Of a stretch of DNA of 64,000 nucleotides, positions 51,415-60,178 are shown in pieces; the stretch's first letter is position 1; each line of letters starts with the position of its first letter. The position numbers were made by a program, and so were the translations under genes. Origin of the DNA: a virus; IMG/VR virus record IMGVR_UViG_3300042465_006773, one strand, 5' to 3'. The notes under the pieces are model-generated. The model saw only the letters and a program-made list of their open reading frames with translations, had not been told where the DNA came from and searched no databases.

Positions 51415-52791
51415 ATGTCAGAAAAAAATTTTGGATTTCTAGGAGCATCATTTCAACAAACACTTTTAAAAGCAATTATCGAAAACAAAAAATATGGAGA
51501 ACAAATTATTGATGTAATTGAAAGCAAATACTTTGACAATCAATCATTTAAATACATTACCCAACACATTAAAGAGTATTATCAAAAATATAATAAAATT
51601 CCTGATTATCAGAGTTTATCACAGACAATTGTGATGGAGTATGGTTCTCAAGAATCTGCTAGAGTCCATCTTGATACGATACAAGATTTAATGGATAACA
51701 CCAAAGAGGACCCTATGGTCCAAGAAGAGGCGTTAAATTTTTGTAAACAACAAAATCTCAAAAAAGAGATTAAACATGTCAATACTATTATTGAAAACGG
51801 GGCATTTCAAGAATATCATAAAATTGAGGGGATAATACAGAAAGCACTTAGAGTTGGTCTACCGCCCGATGAGACCGTCGATGTTTTTCAAAACATTGAC
51901 CAAGCGTTAGAAAAGGATAATAGGTGCCCCATACCAACTGGTATCAGTGGTTTAGACAGTGTACTTAAAGGTGGTTTAGGTATAGGTGAATTAGGTGTAG
52001 TATTAGCACCAACAGGTACAGGGAAATCGACATTATTAACTTTATTTGCTAACACTGCATATAACTACGGTTTCAATGTACTTCAAGTATTTTTTGAGGA
52101 TAGTACAGATGTCATTAAACGTAAACATTATACCATATGGTCGGGTGTTTCACCAGATGAACAACCGGATAATAAAGAATTGGTAAAAAATGCTGTTTTA
52201 GAAAAAAGTACAAACAGTAAGGGGAGTCTTGATTTGTTAAAATTACCAAGTGATTCTGTTACCATTTCTGAAATAAAAACAAGAATTAGAAAAAGATTAT
52301 CTGAAGGAAAAAAAATAGACTTATTGATAATTGATTACGTTGATTGTATATCACCAGAAAAATCACAATATGGGGATGAATGGAAAGGTGAGGGTTCCGT
52401 AATGAGAAGTTTAGAATCTATGACAAATGAATTTAATTTAGTAATATGGACCGCTACTCAAGGTAATAGGGAATCTATTTCATCAGAAGTGGTTAATAGT
52501 GACCAAATGGGTGGTTCAATTAAAAAAGCTCAAATTGCTCACGTGATTCTATCGATAGGTAAAACTATTGAACAAAAAGACCACAAAATGGCAACTATGA
52601 CCCTTCTTAAATCAAGAATAGGTAAGGACGGTATTATATGGCAAAACTGTAAATTTGATAATGAATATTTGATTATTGATACCGAATCTCAAACAACTCT
52701 TCTCGGACACAAAGAGGAGAAACAAAAAGACAACGCTACGAGAGCAAAAGAAGCTTTTATCCGTAGAAATCAAATGTTGAACACAAATTAA
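51415..52791 (+). CDS. Replicative helicase (gp41/DnaB-like)
   Basis: IPTG...LD..L.GG, APTGTGKS, IIDYVD, WTATQGNR, KSR.G. Confidence 0.92.
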   Translation: MSEKNFGFLGASFQQTLLKAIIENKKYGEQIIDVIESKYFDNQSFKYITQHIKEYYQKYNKIPDYQSLSQTIVMEYGSQESARVHLDTIQDLMDNTKEDPMVQEEALNFCKQQNLKKEIKHVNTIIENGAFQEYHKIEGIIQKALRVGLPPDETVDVFQNIDQALEKDNRCPIPTGISGLDSVLKGGLGIGELGVVLAPTGTGKSTLLTLFANTAYNYGFNVLQVFFEDSTDVIKRKHYTIWSGVSPDEQPDNKELVKNAVLEKSTNSKGSLDLLKLPSDSVTISEIKTRIRKRLSEGKKIDLLIIDYVDCISPEKSQYGDEWKGEGSVMRSLESMTNEFNLVIWTATQGNRESISSEVVNSDQMGGSIKKAQIAHVILSIGKTIEQKDHKMATMTLLKSRIGKDGIIWQNCKFDNEYLIIDTESQTTLLGHKEEKQKDNATRAKEAFIRRNQMLNTN

Positions 52792-52806
52792 AAAAAAATT
52801 ATAATT

Positions 52807-53784
52807 ATGAAAGAAAAGATTTTACAAGAAAATCCGGGCCGCTTTGTCCTTTTTCCAATTGAATATCATGACATTTGGAGGCTTTATAAACAACAACAGG
52901 CTTGTTTTTGGACCGCGGAAGAAATAGATTTAAAGGATGATATCTATGATTGGGAAAATAAATTAAACGAAGATGAACAACATTTCGTAAAACATGTTTT
53001 GGCGTTTTTTGCTGCATCTGATGGTATTGTTAATGAAAATTTAGCGATGAATTTTGTTAATGAAGTTCAATACACTGAAGCGAAAATGTTTTATGGTTTT
53101 CAAATTATGATGGAAAATATTCATAGTGAAACCTATTCGTTGTTAATTGACACTTATATTAAAGACAAACAGGAACAAAATAAATTATTCAATGCGATTG
53201 AAACTATTCCGGCAATTAAAAAGAAAGCGGAATGGGCAATAAAGTGGATTAACTCCGATTCGTTTGTTGAAAGATTAATTGCTTTTGCCGCTGTTGAAGG
53301 TATATTCTTTTCGGGTTCATTTTGTTCAATTTTTTGGTTGAAAAAACGTGGATTAATGCCCGGTCTAACTTTCTCAAATGAATTAATCTCAAGAGACGAA
53401 GGTATGCACTGTGACTTTGCTTGTCATCTATACAATCAACATATTCAAAATAAATTGTCTGAAAAGAAAATAAAAGAAATCATATGTGGTGCTTTAGAAG
53501 TAGAAAAAGAATTTATTCTTGAGGCATTACCTGTTAGATTAATTGGGATGAATTCTGACCTAATGTCTCAATATTTGGAATTTGTTACAGATAGACTATT
53601 AGTTTCTTTAAATTGTTCTAAAGTATATAATGTTGAGAACCCTTTTGATTTTATGCAAAATATCGCACTTCAAGGTAAAACTAATTTCTTTGAAAAAAGA
53701 GTTGCTGAATATCAAAAAGCGGGTGTGAATACTGTTACATCCATTGAGGATATGAGTGGTTCATTTGATGATGTTGATTTTTAA
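52807..53784 (+). CDS. nrdB: Ribonucleotide reductase class Ia beta subunit
   Basis: [43 protein letters not shown]. Confidence 0.97.
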   Translation: MKEKILQENPGRFVLFPIEYHDIWRLYKQQQACFWTAEEIDLKDDIYDWENKLNEDEQHFVKHVLAFFAASDGIVNENLAMNFVNEVQYTEAKMFYGFQIMMENIHSETYSLLIDTYIKDKQEQNKLFNAIETIPAIKKKAEWAIKWINSDSFVERLIAFAAVEGIFFSGSFCSIFWLKKRGLMPGLTFSNELISRDEGMHCDFACHLYNQHIQNKLSEKKIKEIICGALEVEKEFILEALPVRLIGMNSDLMSQYLEFVTDRLLVSLNCSKVYNVENPFDFMQNIALQGKTNFFEKRVAEYQKAGVNTVTSIEDMSGSFDDVDF

Positions 53785-53795
53785 AATTTAAAGAT

Positions 53796-56700
53796 ATGAA
53801 AGTTAAAAAAAGAGATGGCTCATTGGAAGAAATGAGATATGACAAAATTACAAGAAGAATTCAAAATTTTTGCGATGATTTAAATCTTGAATATGTTGAC
53901 CCAACATTGATAACCCTTAAAGTGACACAAGGTATTTATGACGGTATATCAACAACAGAGTTAGATATTTTAGCAGCAGAAACCGCTGCATCTCTTGTCA
54001 CCTCTCACTCAGATTACGCAAAATTAGCCGGTAGATTGGCAGTATCTAATTTACATAAAACTACACCAAAAAAATTCTCACATTCAATCAAGGAATTACA
54101 TTCATTTGTTGAACCGAAAACAAATAAGGAATCTTCATTAATTTCAAATGAAACCTATAATTTTGTTCAACAATATAAGGATGTTTTAGATGGTGCGATT
54201 ATTCAAGAAAGAGATTTTGATTTTGATTATTTTGGGTTTAAAACATTAGAACGTTCATATCTACTAAAGATTGGTAATCGTATTGTTGAAAGACCACAAT
54301 ACATGTACATGAGAGTTGCTGTTGGTATTTGTAATAATGACATAGAGACCGCTTTAAGAATTTATGATGATTTATCACAACATTATTACACACACGCAAC
54401 ACCTACTTTATTTAACGCAGGAACACACAGACCACAAATGTCGTCCTGTTTCTTGATTGGTAATAAAGGTGATGACATTGATGGTTTATTTGACACAATA
54501 AAAGATGTTGCGAAGATATCTAAATGGGCTGGTGGTATTGGTTTACATGTTCATGATGTAAGAGGTAAAGGTGCGTATATCAAAGGTACTGGTGGAGAAT
54601 CAGATGGTTTGTTACCAATGATGAAAACATATAATGAAGTTGCTCGTTGGATTAACCAAGGGGGTCGCCGCCGCGGTTCATTCGCTGTTTATCTTGAACC
54701 ATGGCACTCAGATGTATTTGAGTTTATTGAATTAAGAAAAAACCATGGAAAAGAAGAATTAAGGGCCAGAGATTTGTTTTTAGCGATGTGGGTCCCTGAC
54801 TTATTTATGAAAAGAGTAGAACAAGATTTAGAATGGTCATTATTTTCACCAGATGAGGCGCCTGGATTATCTGACGTATATGATGACCCATACAAATTTA
54901 CACAAGATTTTACTGAACTTTATGAAAGATATGAGAAGGAAGGTAAGGCAAGAAAAGTCGTAAAAGCTAGAAAATTAATGGATGCCATTTTGACCGCACA
55001 AATTGAAACGGGGGTACCTTATATGTTATATAAAGATGCTGCTAATTACAAGTCAAACCAAAAGAACTTAGGTACAATTAAATCATCTAATTTGTGTATA
55101 ACAGGTGACCAAAGAGTGGTGACAACAAAGGGTTACTTAACAGCCAAAGAATTGTGTGAAATGGATGTGGAATTAGAACTTTTTAATGGTTCTGAAATTG
55201 TCAAATCATCCAAAATGATTAAACGAGGTGAAAATGAAGATGTTTATAAAATAACATTAGAAAATGGTATGGAACATAAAGTAACACCATATCATGGAAT
55301 ACCTGTAATTGACTCAAGAAATAATATAACACGTATTGAATGTAAGGATTTAAAAATAGGTGATAAAATAGCAGTACAAACTAATAAAGGATTGTTTGGT
55401 TCAAAAGAAATGGTAGATGAGGCCTTTTTATTGGGTTTATATCAATCAGATGGTACACAAAACAAATCATCAATTTTATTTGATTTATGGGAAAATGATT
55501 TTGATTTAGTTGAAGAGATTGAAAACAAAATTCAAAAATTATATTCAAAATACGAGTATAAACCTAGATATTCAACTAAAGGTTGTAAATTTATAGATTG
55601 TGTTGTTTCATTTTCTAAAGTAAAGAAAAAAAGATTATCTAGTGAATTTTTTAAAAAAGAATTACTCTTTGAAAAGGGATATGTACCCGAATGGATTTGG
55701 TCTTCAAATGAAGAAACGCAATGGTCTTATTTGCGGGGTTTATTATTTGCTGATGGAACAGCTAATAAAAATAAATCAAAAGGGGAGCCAACACAAATAA
55801 GTTATGCCGACATAAATATTGATTTTTTAAAAGAGCTTCAATTAATTTTTCAAAATTTAGGTCTTCAAACATCTATTAGATTGTTAAGAAATGGAGGTCA
55901 ACGGTCATTACCAAATGGTAAAGGTGGATATTCACTATACAAAACAAAAGATTGTTATAGATTAATTGTTGGTAATAAAAATGACTCACAAAAAATAAAT
56001 GAAAAAATAGGGTTTCTTGATAGAAAAAACATAATCATTGACAATCGTGAATTTCGGGATAATACGAAAAAGGGATATAAAGTAAAATCCATAGAATATG
56101 TGGGTAAAGAAGATGTTTATTGTCCAACAATTTATAATGATGAACATATTTTTATTTCACAAGGATTAAAAACATTTAATTGCACTGAAATTCTAGAATT
56201 TTCTTCTCCAGAAGAACAAGCGGTTTGTAATTTAGCATCAATTGCTTTACCAAAATACGTAGTCAACAAAGAATTTAATCACGATTTACTATATGAATAT
56301 GTGTATCAAGTTGTAAAAAACCTAAACAACGTTATTGATTTAAATTTTTATCCTACTGAGGAAACAAAACTTTCAAACATGAAACACAGACCAGTTGGTT
56401 TAGGTGTTCAAGGATTGGCAGATGTATTTTGTATGTTAAAATTACCTTTTGAAAGTGAGGATGCAGACAAATTACAAGTAGAAATATTTGAAACAATTTA
56501 TTTCGCTGCTCTCACATCGTCTAAAGACTTGGCTATTGAAAATGGTGCATACTCTTCATTTGATGGTTCCCCATTATCTAAGGGTCAATTCCAATACGAG
56601 TTATGGGGTAAAACAGACAAGGACACAAGTGGAAGATGGGATTGGAAATCGCTAAGAAAAGATGTTGTCAAATATGGTGTAAGAAACTCTTTATTAGTTG

Positions 56701-57305
56701 CACCTATGCCAACAGCATCTACCGCTCAAATTTTAGGTAACAACGAAGCCTTTGAACCTTTTACTTCTAATCTCTATTCAAGAAGAACATTGGGTGGTGA
56801 ATTTATTGTAATCAATAAACATTTGGTTAATGAATTGTTGGAAAGAGGTTTGTGGTCTGATGAAATAAAGAAAAAATTAATAATGGAAAACGGTTCGGTT
56901 CAAAACATACCCGAGATACCTGTTGATGTAAAAGAAATTTATAAGACAGTTTGGGAAATGTCACAAAAAAGAATTCTAACAATGGCGGCAAATAGGTCAA
57001 TTTATATCGACCAATCTCAGTCATTAAATTTATTTATTGATAACGCAAATAAAACAAAAGTTATGGCGGCTCATTTATACGGGTGGAAACTTGGTTTAAA
57101 AACCGGAATGTACTATCTTAGAACTAAGGCTGCTGTTGACCCAATTAAAGGGTTGGGTATTGATATAACAACTTCTAAACCAAATGTTGAAAATCAAATA
57201 AGTAATGTTAAAGAATCAAACTTAACAAGTAATTATGTTGAAGAAATGGTTTTATCAATTAAACCAAATGATTCACCATTTGAATGTGAAGGATGTGGTT
57301 CATAA
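53796..57305 (+). CDS. nrdA: Ribonucleotide reductase class Ia alpha subunit, ATP cone, intein-containing
   Basis: VKKRDG ATP cone, TPTLFNAG, SSCFL, SNL|CTEI split by the intein, PTAST, KTGMYYLR, terminal CEGC. Confidence 0.97.
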   Translation: MKVKKRDGSLEEMRYDKITRRIQNFCDDLNLEYVDPTLITLKVTQGIYDGISTTELDILAAETAASLVTSHSDYAKLAGRLAVSNLHKTTPKKFSHSIKELHSFVEPKTNKESSLISNETYNFVQQYKDVLDGAIIQERDFDFDYFGFKTLERSYLLKIGNRIVERPQYMYMRVAVGICNNDIETALRIYDDLSQHYYTHATPTLFNAGTHRPQMSSCFLIGNKGDDIDGLFDTIKDVAKISKWAGGIGLHVHDVRGKGAYIKGTGGESDGLLPMMKTYNEVARWINQGGRRRGSFAVYLEPWHSDVFEFIELRKNHGKEELRARDLFLAMWVPDLFMKRVEQDLEWSLFSPDEAPGLSDVYDDPYKFTQDFTELYERYEKEGKARKVVKARKLMDAILTAQIETGVPYMLYKDAANYKSNQKNLGTIKSSNLCITGDQRVVTTKGYLTAKELCEMDVELELFNGSEIVKSSKMIKRGENEDVYKITLENGMEHKVTPYHGIPVIDSRNNITRIECKDLKIGDKIAVQTNKGLFGSKEMVDEAFLLGLYQSDGTQNKSSILFDLWENDFDLVEEIENKIQKLYSKYEYKPRYSTKGCKFIDCVVSFSKVKKKRLSSEFFKKELLFEKGYVPEWIWSSNEETQWSYLRGLLFADGTANKNKSKGEPTQISYADINIDFLKELQLIFQNLGLQTSIRLLRNGGQRSLPNGKGGYSLYKTKDCYRLIVGNKNDSQKINEKIGFLDRKNIIIDNREFRDNTKKGYKVKSIEYVGKEDVYCPTIYNDEHIFISQGLKTFNCTEILEFSSPEEQAVCNLASIALPKYVVNKEFNHDLLYEYVYQVVKNLNNVIDLNFYPTEETKLSNMKHRPVGLGVQGLADVFCMLKLPFESEDADKLQVEIFETIYFAALTSSKDLAIENGAYSSFDGSPLSKGQFQYELWGKTDKDTSGRWDWKSLRKDVVKYGVRNSLLVAPMPTASTAQILGNNEAFEPFTSNLYSRRTLGGEFIVINKHLVNELLERGLWSDEIKKKLIMENGSVQNIPEIPVDVKEIYKTVWEMSQKRILTMAANRSIYIDQSQSLNLFIDNANKTKVMAAHLYGWKLGLKTGMYYLRTKAAVDPIKGLGIDITTSKPNVENQISNVKESNLTSNYVEEMVLSIKPNDSPFECEGCGS
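55095..56180 (+). mobile_element. Intein (362 aa) with LAGLIDADG homing endonuclease
   Basis: Starts CITGDQ, block B VTPYH, LLGLYQSDG and LRGLLFADG, ends KTFN before the catalytic Cys of NLCTE. Confidence 0.93.
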
Positions 57306-57313
57306 CAACAATT

Positions 57314-57392
57314 TTGGGTGACTCCCTTAATAGTCAAGGTTAACCTTGAACATCTAATCGTTTGGTCATACAGGGGGTGAAAACTAAACGAT
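57314..57392 (+). ncRNA. Candidate structured RNA (two stem-loop domains with complementary loops)
   Basis: Stems ttgggtg/catctaa, tcaagg/ccttga and atcgtttggt/actaaacgat; actccct can pair with agggggt. Confidence 0.4.
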
Positions 57393-57396
57393 ATAC

Positions 57397-57427
57397 AATC
57401 CCATCGAATACTCGATGGGATTTTTTT
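57397..57427 (+). terminator. Intrinsic terminator after nrdA
   Basis: aatcccatcga-atac-tcgatgggatt plus T run. Confidence 0.85.
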
Positions 57428-57440
57428 ATATTTATAATAT

Positions 57441-57809
57441 ATGAAAAAGATTATTTTTAACCACGAACACGTTGACCATTATGATGGACAAGATAACTAC
57501 GAACTGGGTATTTACGAAGATGATGACGAAAACCCAATTGGATTTGAATCTGAAACTATTATAGGTTATGTTGCATACACGGTTTACAATAATGAAATAA
57601 CAGTTAGTGATATTATAGTTAGACCGAATAGAAGAAGGGAAGGTTTTGGTTCAATGTTGATAAAAAAGATGAAAAGTTTACATCCCGATGCTGTTTATAA
57701 ACCTTCATTAAAAACAGATTTAGGTTCAAAATTTATTCACAAAAATGTTGATATAATGGAAGAAAGGAATAAAATAAAAACACTAATGAACATATTAATG
57801 AAAATGTAA
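57441..57809 (+). CDS. GNAT-family acetyltransferase
   Basis: I.VRPNRRREGFGSMLI acetyl-CoA motif A, T..G.KF; late motif 4 nt upstream; C-terminal IMEERNKIKTLM tag. Confidence 0.8.
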   Translation: MKKIIFNHEHVDHYDGQDNYELGIYEDDDENPIGFESETIIGYVAYTVYNNEITVSDIIVRPNRRREGFGSMLIKKMKSLHPDAVYKPSLKTDLGSKFIHKNVDIMEERNKIKTLMNILMKM

Positions 57810-57842
57810 ACTTAGATTTATTGTTTTACTATATTTATAAAC

Positions 57843-58295
57843 ATGGCGGGAACATATGGTATAGATTTTCCATTTAGACAAAGTCTTAAAGGTGATTTTT
57901 TAATAATGACAGAAACACCTGAAAGAGAAATTCGTGCAAATTTGATACACCTTTTGTTAACAAGAAAAGGTAGTAGATATTATTTACCTGATTTTGGTAC
58001 TAGGTTATTTGAATTTATTTTTGAACCAAACGATGCGGTTACGTGGGGACAAATAGAAGATGAAATAAGAACATCGGTAAGAACATTCATTCCTAATTTA
58101 GAAATAAAATCCATAAGAGTAACTGCCGCAGACCAAGACGAAGAAGAACCCGCTAGTCCACAAGAAGATGAAGACTCGAGATTATTTAGAGTTTCAGACT
58201 ATTCAACTAAACCATACACGGCTAAAGTTAGGGTAGATTATGATATTAATAATGAACCATTTGTTTCTTCTGATTTTATAATTATAAACATTTAA
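57843..58295 (+). CDS. Baseplate wedge protein gp25/GPW-like
   Basis: GIDFPF, NLIHLLLTRKGSRY..PDFGT.L..FIFEP. Confidence 0.9.
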   Translation: MAGTYGIDFPFRQSLKGDFLIMTETPEREIRANLIHLLLTRKGSRYYLPDFGTRLFEFIFEPNDAVTWGQIEDEIRTSVRTFIPNLEIKSIRVTAADQDEEEPASPQEDEDSRLFRVSDYSTKPYTAKVRVDYDINNEPFVSSDFIIINI

Positions 58296-58296
58296 T

Positions 58297-60129
58297 ATGA
58301 GTAAAAAAATATCATACGCTGTTAGAGATTTTGCCGGTCTAAGACAAGAATTAGTTAATTTAACTAGAGAATATTATCCCGATTTAATTAAAAATACAAA
58401 CGACGCATCTATTTTTTCAGTACTGTTGGATTTAAATGCTGCGGTTGCTGACAATTTACATTTTCACATTGATAGGGTTTGGCAAGAAACAATTTTAGAT
58501 TTTGCACAACAAAGACAATCTTTGTATCATATTGCTAAAACTTATGGATTAAAAATACCGGGAAATAGACCATCTGTTGCTTTGTGTGATTTTACAATAC
58601 AAGTACCGGTAAGAGGAGACAAAGAAGATACGAGATATTTGGGTACAATCAAAACAGGTGCGCAAGTTTCAGGTGGTGGTCAAGTTTTTGAAACGGTAGA
58701 TGATATTGATTTTTCAAATCCATTTAATAGTAGAGGGGAACCAAATAGGTTAAAAATACCAAATTTTGATGGAAACAATAGACTAATATCGTATTCTATT
58801 GTAAAAAGAGAAGCCGTTATCAATGGTGTTACAAGAATATATAGACGAGTAATAACTGAATTAGACCAAAAACCATTTTTAAAAATATTTTTACCTGAAC
58901 AAAACATTTTGGGTGTTTCTTCAATTATACACAAAGAAGGCACATCTTTTGCTAGTAACCCCACTGATTCAGAATTTTTATCTTCGACAAATAAATGGTA
59001 CGAAGTAAAAACTTTAATGCAAGATAAAGTTTTTATACCTGACCCAACATCATCATCAGATTCGGATAACTTTATTTCTGGTGCATATCTATCGGTTTCA
59101 AATAAATTTATAACAGAATACACCCCCGAGAATTATTTCTCAATAACGTTTGGTTCGGGTAATGTAAATCCAATGGATAATTTGGATGATTATAATACGG
59201 GTAATTTAAAAGTTAATTTGGGGGTATATCTAAATAACACGTCTTTAGGCGCTTTACCTAAGTCGAATACGACTTTATTTGTAAAATATAGAATTGGGGG
59301 TGGTAGAGATAGTAATTTAGGAATTAATATTATTACAAGTACCGATGATATCGATTTTGTTATTAACGGACCAAATTCAAATATAAACACTCAAGTTCAA
59401 AATTCATTGACGGTAACAAACGTAACACCAGCGATTGGTGGTGCGGACCAACCGACAATTGAAGAAATTAGAAACATGATATCTTATAATTTTGCAGCAC
59501 AAAACAGAGCGGTTACATTAAATGATTATAAATCAATGATTGAAACAATGCCAGCATTATATGGTGCACCTGCAAAAGTTAATGTAATGGAAGAAGATAA
59601 TAAAATAAAAATCAAATTACTATCGTATGATGAAAATGGTAATTTGATTGATACTGTTTCAACGACCTTAAAGAATAATATTATAAATTATTTGTCAGAA
59701 TATAGAATGGTAAATGATTTTTTAGAAATCGAAAGTGGGGAAGTTGTTGATTTTTCATTAGAGTTAGATGTTGTAATAGACAAAAACGGTAATCAAACAG
59801 AAATAGTTAGAACGGTGATTCAAGATGTTGTTGAATATTTTTCAATAGATAAAAGAAAAATGGGTGACCCTCTTTTAGTTGGTGATTTATATAGAATGAT
59901 TGGTGATGTTACGGGTGTAGTAAATGCTGTTGATGTTAGAGTTTTTAATAACATTGGTGGAGAATATTCATCATCAGAAGTTGCCCAATCTTATGTTAAT
60001 GAATCCACAAAAGAAATTGCACAATCAGACATGACAATTTACATGAAATCAAATCAAATATATCAAATTAGATTTCCTGAAAAAGATATTAAAGTCAGAG
60101 TTAAAACATTAGGAACAACCACATTTTAA
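58297..60129 (+). CDS. Baseplate wedge protein (gp6/baseplate J-like)
   Basis: RDF..LR..L, YRIGGG...N, AIGGAD....EEIR, AQNRAVT.NDY. Confidence 0.88.
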   Translation: MSKKISYAVRDFAGLRQELVNLTREYYPDLIKNTNDASIFSVLLDLNAAVADNLHFHIDRVWQETILDFAQQRQSLYHIAKTYGLKIPGNRPSVALCDFTIQVPVRGDKEDTRYLGTIKTGAQVSGGGQVFETVDDIDFSNPFNSRGEPNRLKIPNFDGNNRLISYSIVKREAVINGVTRIYRRVITELDQKPFLKIFLPEQNILGVSSIIHKEGTSFASNPTDSEFLSSTNKWYEVKTLMQDKVFIPDPTSSSDSDNFISGAYLSVSNKFITEYTPENYFSITFGSGNVNPMDNLDDYNTGNLKVNLGVYLNNTSLGALPKSNTTLFVKYRIGGGRDSNLGINIITSTDDIDFVINGPNSNINTQVQNSLTVTNVTPAIGGADQPTIEEIRNMISYNFAAQNRAVTLNDYKSMIETMPALYGAPAKVNVMEEDNKIKIKLLSYDENGNLIDTVSTTLKNNIINYLSEYRMVNDFLEIESGEVVDFSLELDVVIDKNGNQTEIVRTVIQDVVEYFSIDKRKMGDPLLVGDLYRMIGDVTGVVNAVDVRVFNNIGGEYSSSEVAQSYVNESTKEIAQSDMTIYMKSNQIYQIRFPEKDIKVRVKTLGTTTF

Positions 60130-60178
60130 ATTGGATTTATTTTAATTAGAAAATTGTTTATTTTCTATTTATATAGAA

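Noticed and set aside
20501-57305. Eukaryotic giant virus, suggested by PolB, SNF2 and eukaryote-like RNR
   Set aside because: Contractile tail genes, a sigma factor, bacterial-type promoters and intrinsic terminators.
57314-57392. Hammerhead, twister or cobalamin-riboswitch assignment for the post-nrdA structure
   Set aside because: Core consensus nucleotides (e.g. CUGAnGA) could not be placed; kept only as an unassigned structured RNA candidate.
28537-60129. Bacterial extracellular contractile injection system or tailocin
   Set aside because: Interleaved with neck genes, PolB, helicase, SSB, RNR and tRNAs, so it is a phage genome.
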